Shown here piece by piece: positions 9,216 to 18,665 of a stretch of DNA of 32,000 bases. The notes beneath the pieces were generated by a model. The model was not told the DNA's origin. It made no database searches and saw only the letters and a list, made by a program, of their open reading frames with translations. Location: assembly GCF_000025505.1 (NCBI RefSeq), contig NC_013849.1, positions 240,001-272,000 on the forward strand, in the 5' to 3' direction. A program made the translations under genes and the position numbers. The stretch's first letter is position 1. Each line of letters begins with the position of its first letter. Source of the DNA: Ferroglobus placidus DSM 10642. GTDB taxonomy: Archaea; Halobacteriota; Archaeoglobi; Archaeoglobales; Archaeoglobaceae.

Positions 9216-9986
9216 CTATATCCTGCGAATATCTATCTGAACATCTCCAAATCCTTTTGACTTGTATCCACCAAGTTTAGTTATGGCTTTAATCCGGTCT
9301 TCTATTAATTCTTTGAGTATTTTCTCTTTTGTCCATCTCCCAGATTCAAGCCATTTATCACCCTTACTTTCTGCCAAATCTCTTGGTTCTCCAAGTTTCC
9401 AGCCAATTATATCATCTTCTTCTAGAATGGTCATGACTCCTTTAAAGACACTACCTTCTGGAACAGCTTCATATTTTCCTAAGGCACCTTTTTCACCTTT
9501 TGCTGATGTACCTACAACTCTATCTTCTCTGATAAACTGTAAAAGTGCTACATCTCCCTTTTCCATTTTCAAAAACGGCACCTCTACAAATCCGACAAGT
9601 CCTCTTGCACCTAGCAGATAACAGACAGGACAGATGTAATCATCCTTATTGGGGTAAGAGCAACTATATTTGTACAATCCTCGTTCTATGAGTTTCTTTT
9701 CATCTGGAGAAACTGTTTTTACATCTGCCGGAATGCATGGTTTCATCCATTCCTCTGTCCATCTTTTATTTTCCTTGTCGAAGAATTGGTCTATAAGATA
9801 TCTTTCCAGTTCAGCTCTCAATGCACCTTTAAGCGATGTTCCCTGCACTACCACTTTATTGCCCAGTTTCACTATCGGGCTGTCCACATCCGTTGTTCCC
9901 GGTACTGGTCTCACTCCGCCTATTCTGAACGGAGCTTTTGTCACCAACTCTATTTTATATTTTATGTATTTTCTCATTTCATTCAC
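9216..9986 (-). CDS. Type III CRISPR effector Cas7-like RAMP (Csm3/Cmr4-like)
   Basis: APFRIGGVRPVPGTTDVDSPIVKLGNKVVVQGTSLKGALRAELERYL, CPVCYLLGARGLVGFVEV and GGYKSKGFGDVQI match the Csm3/Cmr4 RAMP pattern. Confidence 0.88.
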   Translation of the reverse strand: MNEMRKYIKYKIELVTKAPFRIGGVRPVPGTTDVDSPIVKLGNKVVVQGTSLKGALRAELERYLIDQFFDKENKRWTEEWMKPCIPADVKTVSPDEKKLIERGLYKYSCSYPNKDDYICPVCYLLGARGLVGFVEVPFLKMEKGDVALLQFIREDRVVGTSAKGEKGALGKYEAVPEGSVFKGVMTILEEDDIIGWKLGEPRDLAESKGDKWLESGRWTKEKILKELIEDRIKAITKLGGYKSKGFGDVQIDIRRI

Positions 9987-10261
9987 CTCCTTGCAAATTT
10001 TATGGCATTTAACTTCTTGAAGATAAGTGTGCCAATCTCCACAGACAAATTTCTTTCCACAATCATATCTAGAACTTTCAAAAGAGCTTTTGATTCATTA
10101 TCATCCCTACCTAACAAAAATAATCTTGTGGCACCATAACCATATCTGCTGCAAATTTCCCCCACGGTATTAAGGAATTTGTTACTAAATCTCGTACTCC
10201 TGATTTGTGGGTCATTTCTTATCTTTTCAATAACTTCATCTACTATATCCATAACCAACAC
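9983..10261 (-). CDS. Putative type III small subunit (Cas11-like, helical, 92 aa)
   Basis: Short predicted helical protein located between Cas5 and Cas7 genes and overlapping both; size and position match Csm2/Cmr5-like subunits. Confidence 0.6.
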   Translation of the reverse strand: MLVMDIVDEVIEKIRNDPQIRSTRFSNKFLNTVGEICSRYGYGATRLFLLGRDDNESKALLKVLDMIVERNLSVEIGTLIFKKLNAIKFARR

Positions 10262-10874
10262 CTCCTTTTATAAGAAACCATGGAGCGTAAACTTCACTCC
10301 CTTCAAACAACGACTTAACATAAACAGCTTTAGATAAAGATACTGGCTTAAGCAAATATCCATATACGGGTTTAACTGTCTTTACGAGGAATTTATCCAG
10401 ATGTTCTATGGGTATTCTTGTATTCAATTCTCCATACATTAACTGATTTTCATTAACTTCAATTATACCATTTTTTGTAAACTGTGTGTAACCCAAACCT
10501 TTAACCCGCAAAGCTCCCATTCTTAATTCAAATTTATCTGGAAGTCTCTCTGTTTCTGTGTTTTTGAGTATATACACGTGACCTCTGACATTAACTAAGA
10601 ATTCAAGAGAAATAGGAATTTTACTTACCCCGACTCCTCTATCTCTTGGGGAATAGGTTAAGTAATCCTTAGCATCGTAACTTTCTATGCAACCTACAGC
10701 GTGTATTTCATCCCCACCAAAATAAGTTTTTAATGCCCCCGTTATTGTTGTATAAGGAATTGTCATTACAGTTGGTCTAAAAGTTCCCTTCTTAATTCGT
10801 TCCCCAATACATAGCGTTTCGCTCTGAAATGTATAATGAAGGTACTCCATTCTAACCACCCATAATTTTTGCAT
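10236..10874 (-). CDS. Cas5-like RAMP protein of a type III effector
   Basis: 212 aa; YTTITGALKTYFGG, ELRMGALRVKGLGYTQF (Gly-rich loop) and C-terminal KGGVGYGYSR. Located directly after the cas10 gene. Confidence 0.7.
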   Translation of the reverse strand: MQKLWVVRMEYLHYTFQSETLCIGERIKKGTFRPTVMTIPYTTITGALKTYFGGDEIHAVGCIESYDAKDYLTYSPRDRGVGVSKIPISLEFLVNVRGHVYILKNTETERLPDKFELRMGALRVKGLGYTQFTKNGIIEVNENQLMYGELNTRIPIEHLDKFLVKTVKPVYGYLLKPVSLSKAVYVKSLFEGSEVYAPWFLIKGGVGYGYSR

Positions 10875-12924
10875 ATGTTAACACATTTTGAAAGCCAAAC
10901 TTTTTAACAGCCTTCCTTAGTGGCTCATATTCCCTATAATCCCTGTCGTTTTGATCATATAATGTAATTTCTGCTAATTTTTCCGAAATTTCACTTATAG
11001 CGGCCAATTTATGTAGTAATGCTTTTTCTTTTATCTTAATTCTCAAAAATGATGTGAGTTGTTGCATGCTAAGTTTAATTTCTCCCTTGCCAATCACAGA
11101 AACGTGGACATCGTATTTTAAATCTGAAAGAATTCTCCAAGATTCCAAAAATGGATACTTTATGTTTGAACACACAATTCCTAGTTTTATTGGCGATGAT
11201 ACTTCTTTGAATTTGGGGAAGAACTTAGTAAAAGCCTCATCGAATATTTTCAATACTAAATGAATGTCCCTGAGGTTTTTTATTCTTACTGAGACAAACT
11301 CTTTCAGAATTTGTTGAAAACTATCTTCTCCAAATTTTTCCAAAAGTTTATTTCTAAATTCATCCAAAAATTCTCTGTAATCCAAATTAAACTCTGATAA
11401 TACAGAAAATCTTATCTCCGCTCGTTTTTCCGGTTCTTTTACCCCTAAATTTCTCAAATATTCAGTATAGAGTTCCTCCAAAACATTTATCAATTCATCA
11501 GTATCTAAATCTATCCTAATCCAAAGTATTCTGTCCGCTCCCTCTTTTTCCCATTCATCTAGTTTTGGAAACTTTGATCCTCTTTTTCTAATGTTAAAAC
11601 AAACTGTACATAGTTTTTCAACTATTCCACTTTCTTCATCTACCCATTTTTCAGTAGCTTGTTTCAACTGGCAAATCTCACAAATGGGTGGATCGATTTG
11701 TGAGGGAAAATCACCGTAAACTGAGCCTTTCTTGTACACACCTTCCTCTAATTCCTCATGGTATTGTTTCCAAAGTTCTGCTATTTTCTTTGCTTCGGGC
11801 TCCTTTTCAAATACACTTTTTTTGATACTTTCCTTCACTTCTTCTCTTTTGTTTAGAGGTACTTTTGGTATCGTTTTTCTAAATTTCTCTTCGAGTTTTT
11901 TGTATAGTATTTTTTGCATTTTGTTTATTAATCTCATTGTTCTATCAGGATCTGGATATGGTTGATCTAAATTTTGAATTCTTTCAACATATTCGAACCA
12001 AAAGCCATATTGCGATACGATCTCTTTTATTTTATCGAGCTTTTCATTTAATGGAAGAATTAGTAGCAACTCGGTAAAGCCTACAAAAATTACATTATTT
12101 GGATATTCTTTCAGAATTTTTCTTTTTACTTCTTCCAAAGCATCAAAAACATTAAGATCTCTTATTCTAACGGGACGTTGTGGAAAATTTATTTTAATTT
12201 TTACTATTTTTATTTTTGTTTCTTCTTTTATCCGATGGATATAAGCTCTAATTTTATCTTTAGTTGTTATCTCAAACCACTTATCATCAACTTTTTCGAG
12301 ATAGTCGTATAGAAAGTTGTAAAGTCGTGCTGTTAGATTACTGTGCGTCCATAATGAAGTAATATTAGCTCCCGGGGTAGCATCTTCAGCTCTAACCTTA
12401 AGGTATTCTCCAAAAGTTTCGAAAAACTCCTTTACAGAAGGATTTCTGTTTACAAATTCTACAATCTTAGCAATCCATTTAGGATTTGTTGCGTCTTTAT
12501 TTATCACTTCAGATAATTTATGAAAATTGCTACGTGGAGGATTCCAAAGCTTATAAGTATTGTATCTTGGAGATTTTCCTCTCACTTCTATATGCCTAGA
12601 AGTAGCAGATGCTACGCTATCGGCTATTGACAAAACAAGAGTTTCGAAGCTTTTGGGGTATTCTTTATCTCTTTCAGTACAATGATGTTGTAGAATCCCC
12701 TCCCATACAGGATTCATTTTAATAGGTGGGACATCTTTAAGTCCATCAGGATAATTTTCAAAATTATGTTTGATTATAGAACTATCTATGAGTTTTCCGA
12801 TATCATGCATCTCTGGTTTTATATCTTTCATTTCATACCACCTATAGTATCTATTTTTGCGCCCGAAGTCTACAATCACACCTACACCTGGTAGGTATAC
12901 GAAGTGCGAGGTGAAACCGAGCAT
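10852..12924 (-). CDS. Cas10-like large subunit: HD motif present, GGDD absent
   Basis: PEMHDIGKLID, LQHHCTERD and LVLSIADSVAS (HD-like set), zinc ribbon CEICQ...CTVC, palm-like WIRIDLDTDELINVL and IKLGIVCSNIKYPFLESW. No GGDD anywhere. The start may be internal to the tracked ORF. Confidence 0.8.
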   Translation of the reverse strand: MLGFTSHFVYLPGVGVIVDFGRKNRYYRWYEMKDIKPEMHDIGKLIDSSIIKHNFENYPDGLKDVPPIKMNPVWEGILQHHCTERDKEYPKSFETLVLSIADSVASATSRHIEVRGKSPRYNTYKLWNPPRSNFHKLSEVINKDATNPKWIAKIVEFVNRNPSVKEFFETFGEYLKVRAEDATPGANITSLWTHSNLTARLYNFLYDYLEKVDDKWFEITTKDKIRAYIHRIKEETKIKIVKIKINFPQRPVRIRDLNVFDALEEVKRKILKEYPNNVIFVGFTELLLILPLNEKLDKIKEIVSQYGFWFEYVERIQNLDQPYPDPDRTMRLINKMQKILYKKLEEKFRKTIPKVPLNKREEVKESIKKSVFEKEPEAKKIAELWKQYHEELEEGVYKKGSVYGDFPSQIDPPICEICQLKQATEKWVDEESGIVEKLCTVCFNIRKRGSKFPKLDEWEKEGADRILWIRIDLDTDELINVLEELYTEYLRNLGVKEPEKRAEIRFSVLSEFNLDYREFLDEFRNKLLEKFGEDSFQQILKEFVSVRIKNLRDIHLVLKIFDEAFTKFFPKFKEVSSPIKLGIVCSNIKYPFLESWRILSDLKYDVHVSVIGKGEIKLSMQQLTSFLRIKIKEKALLHKLAAISEISEKLAEITLYDQNDRDYREYEPLRKAVKKFGFQNVLTYAKIMGG

Positions 12925-13584
12925 TTGGGCAGAGCGAAGTGCAGCCGTATGTCCGCTATTAGGCGATGTTGCTCTTTAGCATTAATCTTTCCATCTTTCT
13001 TTCATAGTTCGCCCAATTCTTTGTGCCTCATACTCGCTTCTTGAATTTGAGATAAAGCATGTTCTTCACCTCTCACCTATAGGTTTTGAGTTAGCAATGT
13101 CGCCTAACTTGTTTTCCACGAAATTTTTATTCGCATAATCTTCCGAATGGGGACTAAAGCGAAATTTTATAAAGCTAAATTTCATACTGTTTTGTACAAG
13201 TTTGAATATTAAAAAGCTTACGCCACAAGAGCAATACGAGTTAATAGACAAGCTTATAGAGGAAATAGTAACTGAGAAAATATTTTTATCAAACAGACAG
13301 AGCATACATTTCAATTGTTAAAAGATTTTAAAATCCGGTAAAGCACCGAGAGAGTTTTTACATTCTTACTCAAACAAAAGCAAGTCAACGATGAGAAGCG
13401 TTTATTTTGCTTTAGATTTTTCTATGAAAACGCACTTAATTAAAAATTCGATGAGAAATTATCCTTAGCTAAGAGGGATTTAAAACTGTCTGTGATGTTA
13501 AGTAGAGAGATGATAAATAAAATGATCGAAGTATCCACAAAAATAAAACACAAACTTGTTTTGATGTTTCCTTATTATGATGTC

Positions 13585-13830
13585 CTACTGTTGAATAAAG
13601 TTAGAAATTTGAGGTGCGAGCATTTCCTTAACAATTTCCAACAACACAACCGCACTGTTGCATTTCGTACCTCTGGCTGAATAAAGCAGAGTTGTCCTCT
13701 TCTGTTCTTTAATTATTTCAATTAGCTTCTCCAAACTCTCTTTATTTCTCTCCAACTCCTCTCTGTATCTTTTTCTGACTCCTCCCATTTGGCAAGATCG
13801 TTGGGAAACCACTTTCTTCTCCTTAAACAT
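13585..13830 (-). pseudogene. Fragment resembling the C-terminal half of a DUF488-family protein
   Basis: RKRYREELERNKESLEKLIEIIKEQKRTTLLYSARGTKCNSAVVLLEIV matches the DUF488 C-terminal pattern (RRYxxEL...vTLLYaArd...NxAVVLxE). The N-terminal half is missing. Confidence 0.5.
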
Positions 13831-13901
13831 TTCCAGAACTGGACAACATTTTTATAGCGAATCCGCTAACAACTCCTGATCACGCTAATGGAGGAGAGAA
13901 G

Positions 13902-14489
13902 ATGAAGTCGATGTACGCTTTCATAAGAGAGGCTTGGAAGAAACCCTGGGATGGCTACGTAGGAAAGCTGATGTGGGAAAGATTGCAGAAGTGGAGAAGA
14001 GAGCCGGCGGTGGTAAGAATAGAGAGACCAACGAGATTGGACAGGGCAAGAGCCTTGGGATACAAAGCGAAGAAGGGAGTAATCGTCGTTAGAGTTAGAA
14101 TCAGGAGAGGTGGAAGAAGAGCTACGAGACCCAACAAGGGAAGAAAGACGAAGAACCTAATGGTAAACAGGAAAACTCCGAAGAAGAGCTTGCAGTGGAT
14201 AGCCGAAGAGAGAGCTGCGAGGAAGTTCCCGAACTGTGAAGTTGTCAATTCCTACTGGGTAGGAGAGGACGGAAGATACAAGTGGTTCGAGGTAATATTG
14301 GTCGACAGAAGTCATCCAGCGATTCTTTCAGACCCAGAGCTTTCCAGAATAGCTAAGCAAAGAGGAAGAGTCTTCCGCGGACTGACTTCAGCAGGAAGAA
14401 AATCGAGAGGACTTAGGAGGAAGGGAAGGGGAGCTGAGAAGGTAAGACCGAGCCTCAGGGCAAACTTCAGAAAGGAGAAGGATGAGTAA
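13902..14489 (+). CDS. rpl15e: 50S ribosomal protein L15e
   Basis: [16 protein letters not shown]...[32 protein letters not shown]...[30 protein letters not shown]. Confidence 0.97.
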   Translation: MKSMYAFIREAWKKPWDGYVGKLMWERLQKWRREPAVVRIERPTRLDRARALGYKAKKGVIVVRVRIRRGGRRATRPNKGRKTKNLMVNRKTPKKSLQWIAEERAARKFPNCEVVNSYWVGEDGRYKWFEVILVDRSHPAILSDPELSRIAKQRGRVFRGLTSAGRKSRGLRRKGRGAEKVRPSLRANFRKEKDE

Positions 14490-14928
14490 GCGAAGTTGGA
14501 AAGTTGAGAGAATTACAGTCTCGGCGATAGTCCATTCAACCGAAGATAAGGAAAAGGTTGGCGAAGCTATTTCCACCCTTTTTCCCTTCGAATTCGAAAT
14601 TTTTGTTTCGGAAGCTAAGGGGCATTACGGAAATCCGATAAAGTTTTTGGAAGTTCCCATAGAAGATAAGAGGAAGATAAAAGAGTTCTGGAACTATTTT
14701 ATTGAAAAGCTCGAAGATCGGGATTTGCTTTTAAACTTGGTTGAGGACATCGTCGACGAATTCGGGGTTTTGCACATAAGGGTTGACAAGCAAAAAGCCT
14801 ATCAGGGGAGGCTCGAATTGTCCTACGGAGGGGACTGCATAGCTGTAAAGGTTAAGTTGGTCACTTATCCATCGAAAAGAGAGAAGTTCATAGCCGCTGC
14901 GAAAGAACTAATAGAAAAGGGGCTATGA
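14482..14928 (+). CDS. RNA-binding protein / predicted exosome-associated subunit (COG1325-like)
   Basis: Conserved position between rpl15e and the RNase P p30 gene; pattern [28 protein letters not shown]...[15 protein letters not shown]. Confidence 0.75.
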   Translation: MSKRSWKVERITVSAIVHSTEDKEKVGEAISTLFPFEFEIFVSEAKGHYGNPIKFLEVPIEDKRKIKEFWNYFIEKLEDRDLLLNLVEDIVDEFGVLHIRVDKQKAYQGRLELSYGGDCIAVKVKLVTYPSKREKFIAAAKELIEKGL

Positions 14929-15497
14929 TGGATTTTCTCAGATTCGAGCCGGAGTACTTGCTCGAAGGCTTTGACGACTGCGTAGTTTTCGGGGAAACCG
15001 AAAAGTACATTCAGGGCTGTATGATCTACGCCACTTCAACCAAAGAGCTCGTTTCGAAGCTGAGAAAGTATTCCGGATTTATTGGAGTTCTCAGCCCGAA
15101 GGTTGAGGTAAACAGGCTGGCTGTGATGAGAAAAAAAGTGTTCGTTCTTCTGGATTCAGTTGAGAGGGAGCTGGATTATACGACCGTGAAGCTTGCGGCA
15201 GAGAAGGATGTTGCGATAGAGGTTTGCTTCGCTAAGTATTTGAAAGTGTCCGGAGTTAAAAGAAGCCAGCTCTTCGAGAGGGACAGAATTCTTTTTAAAA
15301 TCGTCGAAAAGTTTGACGCTCCCTTCGTTCTCACGAGCGGAGCTGAAAACTTCTACGAGATGAGGACAAAAAAACAGATATACGACTTCTTCCAAACCCT
15401 CGGAGCAAATGTCAAAAGAGCTGAAGAGTGGATGAAGAGGTTTGAAAGAATTTTAAAGGACGAAAAGTTCATAATGGACGGGTTTGAGGAGTTATGA
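14925..15497 (+). CDS. rnp3: Ribonuclease P protein component 3 (Rpp30)
   Basis: FIGVLSPKVEVNRLAVMRKKVFVLLDSVERELDYTTVKLAAEKDVAIEVCFAKYL...VLTSGAENFYEMRTKKQI; neighbours are consistent. Confidence 0.88.
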   Translation: MMDFLRFEPEYLLEGFDDCVVFGETEKYIQGCMIYATSTKELVSKLRKYSGFIGVLSPKVEVNRLAVMRKKVFVLLDSVERELDYTTVKLAAEKDVAIEVCFAKYLKVSGVKRSQLFERDRILFKIVEKFDAPFVLTSGAENFYEMRTKKQIYDFFQTLGANVKRAEEWMKRFERILKDEKFIMDGFEEL

Positions 15498-15822
15498 AAG
15501 GCTTACCTCCAGCTTTAAAGGAAAAAAAAGATATATCGCTTTGGAATTTATCGGCGATAGAGAAATAAGCAGAGAGGAGATTTATGAGAAGCTGAAAGAA
15601 CAGCTTCTCGAACTTTACGGCGAGTTTGGTTACGCTGACTTCAGGATAATTCAGTTTAGAGATAACAAGGGAATTATCTCCGTGAAGCTTAGGGACTTGG
15701 AAAAAACTAAAAATGCAATCACGCTGATAAGTGATGTTAATGGAACGAAAGTTGTTCCCGTAATATTGGGAGTTAGCGGGACGATAAGATCCTGCAGAAG
15801 GAAGTACTTAGGAGGTGATTGA
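15484..15822 (+). CDS. rnp2: Ribonuclease P protein component 2 (Pop5)
   Basis: KRYIALEFIGDREISREEIYEKLKEQLLELYGEFGYADFRIIQFRDNKGIISVKLRDLEKTKNAITLI; between rnp3 and psmA. Confidence 0.88.
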   Translation: MRSYERLTSSFKGKKRYIALEFIGDREISREEIYEKLKEQLLELYGEFGYADFRIIQFRDNKGIISVKLRDLEKTKNAITLISDVNGTKVVPVILGVSGTIRSCRRKYLGGD

Positions 15823-16548
15823 ATGCATCTTCCGCAGATGGGATACGATAGAGCCATAACCGTATTCAGCCCGGACGGAAGACTGTTTCAGGTTGAATAC
15901 GCAAGAGAGGCTGTTAAGAGAGGAGCAACAGCAATAGGTGTGAAAACGAAGGAAGGAGTCGTGCTTTTGGCAGACAGAAGGGTTGCGAGCAGGTTGCTCG
16001 AAGCGGACACTATAGAGAAGATATACAAGATAGACGAGCACATCTGTGCCGCAACTTCCGGCTTGGTGGCTGATGCGAGAGTTCTGATAGACAGAGCAAG
16101 GCTCGAAGCCCAGATAAACAGGCTGACCTATGATGAGCCGATAAGCGTTAAGGAGCTTGCCAAAAGGATCTGCGACTTCAAGCAGCAGTACACCCAGTAC
16201 GGAGGAGTGAGACCTTTCGGTGTTTCCTTACTCTTAGCCGGAGTAGACGAGAAGCCGAGGCTGTACGAGACCGATCCGAGCGGAGCGATGCTCGAATACA
16301 AAGCTACCGCCATAGGCTCGGAAAGAAACGTTGTAATGGAGTACTTCGAGAAGGAATACAGGGAAGACCTGACGCTGGATGAAGCTATAATTCACGGGCT
16401 AATAGCCATGAAAAAGGCTATTGAAGCCGATTTAATGCCGGAAGGAATTGAGATAGGAATAGTTAGAGTCGAGGACAAAAAATTCAGAGAATTGAGCGTG
16501 GAGGAAATTGCCGAATACATCAAGAAAGCAAACGAGGCTTCACAGTAA
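15823..16548 (+). CDS. psmA: Proteasome alpha subunit
   Basis: [47 protein letters not shown], the proteasome alpha signature. Confidence 0.97.
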   Translation: MHLPQMGYDRAITVFSPDGRLFQVEYAREAVKRGATAIGVKTKEGVVLLADRRVASRLLEADTIEKIYKIDEHICAATSGLVADARVLIDRARLEAQINRLTYDEPISVKELAKRICDFKQQYTQYGGVRPFGVSLLLAGVDEKPRLYETDPSGAMLEYKATAIGSERNVVMEYFEKEYREDLTLDEAIIHGLIAMKKAIEADLMPEGIEIGIVRVEDKKFRELSVEEIAEYIKKANEASQ

Positions 16549-16559
16549 GGTGAAGCCTT

Positions 16560-17267
16560 ATGGTGTCCCTTGAGAAGGCAGTGGTGGCGAGGTTGAAAAA
16601 AGGGGGAATGGTTTTTGAGGTTCTCGTAGACCCTTATTTAGCGAGGGATCTTAAGGAAGGAAAAGATGTGAACTTCGAAGAGCTTGTGGCGGTCGAAGAA
16701 ATCTTTCACGATGCGAGAAAAGGTGAGAGAGCTTCGACAGAAGATTTGCAGAAGGTTTTCGGCACGACGAACGTCAGAGAGATAATAAAGAAAATCGTGA
16801 TGGAAGGAGAGGTTCAGCTAACAGCAGAGCAGAGGAAGGAGATGCTCGAACAAAAGAAAAAGCAGATAATAGAGTACATAAGGAGAAACAGCGTTGATCC
16901 GAGAACCGGCGCTCCACACACATACGCGAGAATAGAATCGGCTTTAGAGGAGGCTAAGGTGAACATAGACATATTTAAACCGGTTGAAGCTCAGGTGAAG
17001 GACGTCGTAAAAGCTTTAAAGCCGATTCTTCCTCTGAGGTTCGAGGAGATAGAGATAGCCATAAAAATTCCGCCCGAACATACTGGTAGGGCTATAAGCG
17101 CTCTCTATTCCTTCGGAAAAATTTTGAAAGAGGAGTGGCAGAGCGACGGTAGCTGGATCTGCGTTATGAGAATTCCAGCCGGGATGCACGGAGAATTGCT
17201 CGATCTTCTCGGAAAAGTGGCGAAGGGAGAGGCTTTAACAAAAATCTTAAGGAGGGTTCAGGGATGA
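16560..17267 (+). CDS. Ribosome maturation protein SBDS/SDO1 homologue
   Basis: [34 protein letters not shown]..., [26 protein letters not shown]. Confidence 0.93.
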   Translation: MVSLEKAVVARLKKGGMVFEVLVDPYLARDLKEGKDVNFEELVAVEEIFHDARKGERASTEDLQKVFGTTNVREIIKKIVMEGEVQLTAEQRKEMLEQKKKQIIEYIRRNSVDPRTGAPHTYARIESALEEAKVNIDIFKPVEAQVKDVVKALKPILPLRFEEIEIAIKIPPEHTGRAISALYSFGKILKEEWQSDGSWICVMRIPAGMHGELLDLLGKVAKGEALTKILRRVQG

Positions 17268-17944
17268 GGACGATAGTTCTCCCCGGAGATTTGCTCGCCA
17301 CAAATCCGAAAGTGGCTGGACACGGAACTTACGTGGAGAACGGAAAGGTTTACGCTAAGTTTCTGGGATTGCTGGATAAAACGGAAACTTCCGTTAGAGT
17401 AATTCCCCTAAGAGGAAAGTACATTCCCTCGGTAGGAGATGTAGTTGTGGGAGTCGTGAAGGAAGTTACCGTAAACGGATGGGTTGTTGAAATAAATTCC
17501 CCTTACATGGCTTTCCTTCCCGCTCAGGAAAATCCGGAGATGAAGCCGAACAAAAAGCCCAACGAAGTTTTGGACATAGGAGACATAATAGTTGCGAAGA
17601 TCATCAACATAGATCCGAAGATGAAGGCGACGCTGACGATGAAGGATAAGATGTGTCGCCCGATACGCTTCGGAAGAATAGTGGCGATAAATCCGGCGAG
17701 AGTGCCGAGAGTTATAGGCAAGAAGGGAAGCATGATAAAGCTCTTCAAAAACGAGCTTGGAGTGAACGTGATAGTCGGTCAGAACGGCTTAATCTGGTTA
17801 AACGGTGACAGGAGGAAGGTAAACATAGTGGAGGAGGCGATATACATAATAGAGCAGGAGGCACATACCGAAGGTTTGACGGATAGAATAGCCGAGTTTA
17901 TTAAGAAAAAGAAGGGTGAGCTCGAAAATGCAGGAGGAAGTTAA
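17264..17944 (+). CDS. rrp4: Exosome complex RNA-binding protein Rrp4
   Basis: S1 domain ([31 protein letters not shown]) plus KH domain ([35 protein letters not shown]). Confidence 0.95.
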   Translation: MRTIVLPGDLLATNPKVAGHGTYVENGKVYAKFLGLLDKTETSVRVIPLRGKYIPSVGDVVVGVVKEVTVNGWVVEINSPYMAFLPAQENPEMKPNKKPNEVLDIGDIIVAKIINIDPKMKATLTMKDKMCRPIRFGRIVAINPARVPRVIGKKGSMIKLFKNELGVNVIVGQNGLIWLNGDRRKVNIVEEAIYIIEQEAHTEGLTDRIAEFIKKKKGELENAGGS

Positions 17945-18665
17945 GCTTATAGTCGATGGAAGGAGAATTGATGGAAGGCTGCCCGACGAACTGAGACCGA
18001 TAAAAATCGAAGCTGGAGTTTTGAAAAACGCTGACGGGAGCTGTTACTTGGAAATGGGGAAAAACAAGGTGATGGCAGCAGTCTACGGACCGAGAAAAGT
18101 TCAGCCAAAACACTTAGCAGACCCAACGCAGGCGATAGTTAGATACAGATACAACATGGCTCCCTTCAGCGTTGAGGAGAGAAAAAGACCCGGTCCGGAT
18201 AGAAGGAGCGTCGAAATTTCCAAAGTGAGCAGAGAAGCTCTCGAGTCGATAATAATGAAAGAACTCTTTCCGAGGAGCAGCATAGACATATTCGTTGAAG
18301 TCCTTCAGGCTGACGCTGGGAGCAGAACGGCTTGTTTAAACGCTGCAAGCGTAGCATTAGTAGATGCGGGAATTCCGATGAAGGGAATTATTACGAGCGT
18401 TGCCGTGGCAAAGGTAGATGGAGTTTTAGTTCTCGATCCGATGAAAGAGGAGGACAACTACGGCGAGGCAGACATTCCCTTTGCTTTCTTCATAAGAAAC
18501 GGAAAAATAGAGTCGATAGCTTTACTGCAAATGGACGGAAGAGTCACAAAAGAAGAGTTGATGCAGGCTGTCGAATTGGCTAAAAAAGGTGCGATGGAGA
18601 TTTACAAGCTCCAGAGGGAAGCGATAATGAGAAAGTATAGAGTTGAGGAGGAGGAAGAGGAATGA
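17916..18665 (+). CDS. rrp41: Exosome complex exonuclease Rrp41
   Basis: RNase PH family: [46 protein letters not shown]...[28 protein letters not shown]. Confidence 0.96.
   Translation: MSSKMQEEVKLIVDGRRIDGRLPDELRPIKIEAGVLKNADGSCYLEMGKNKVMAAVYGPRKVQPKHLADPTQAIVRYRYNMAPFSVEERKRPGPDRRSVEISKVSREALESIIMKELFPRSSIDIFVEVLQADAGSRTACLNAASVALVDAGIPMKGIITSVAVAKVDGVLVLDPMKEEDNYGEADIPFAFFIRNGKIESIALLQMDGRVTKEELMQAVELAKKGAMEIYKLQREAIMRKYRVEEEEEE

Larger units (their letters stand above)
9060..13108. other. A+T-rich putative genomic island carrying the type III effector operon
   Basis: Base composition is visibly more A+T-rich than the flanks. The segment is bounded by TCGCCTAAC at 9060..9068 and 13100..13108 and holds foreign-looking cas genes between acyl-CoA synthetase and rpl15e genes. 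Confidence 0.45.

Noticed and set aside
9060-13108. Transposon or insertion sequence carrying the cas operon
   Set aside because: No transposase or integrase ORF and no convincing terminal inverted repeats were found; only short border motifs, reported as a separate low-certainty finding.
13066-13314. Minus-strand 82-aa ORF
   Set aside because: No recognisable motif, and it spans the island edge including the TCGCCTAAC copy; more likely fortuitous in A+T-rich intergenic DNA.
13492-13680. Plus-strand 62-aa ORF
   Set aside because: Overlaps antisense the better-supported DUF488-like fragment and has no family signature.
9000-13900. Possible CRISPR array associated with the cas operon
   Set aside because: Reading both flanks of the operon shows no series of regularly spaced 24-40 bp direct repeats; only short 8-9 bp motifs recur.
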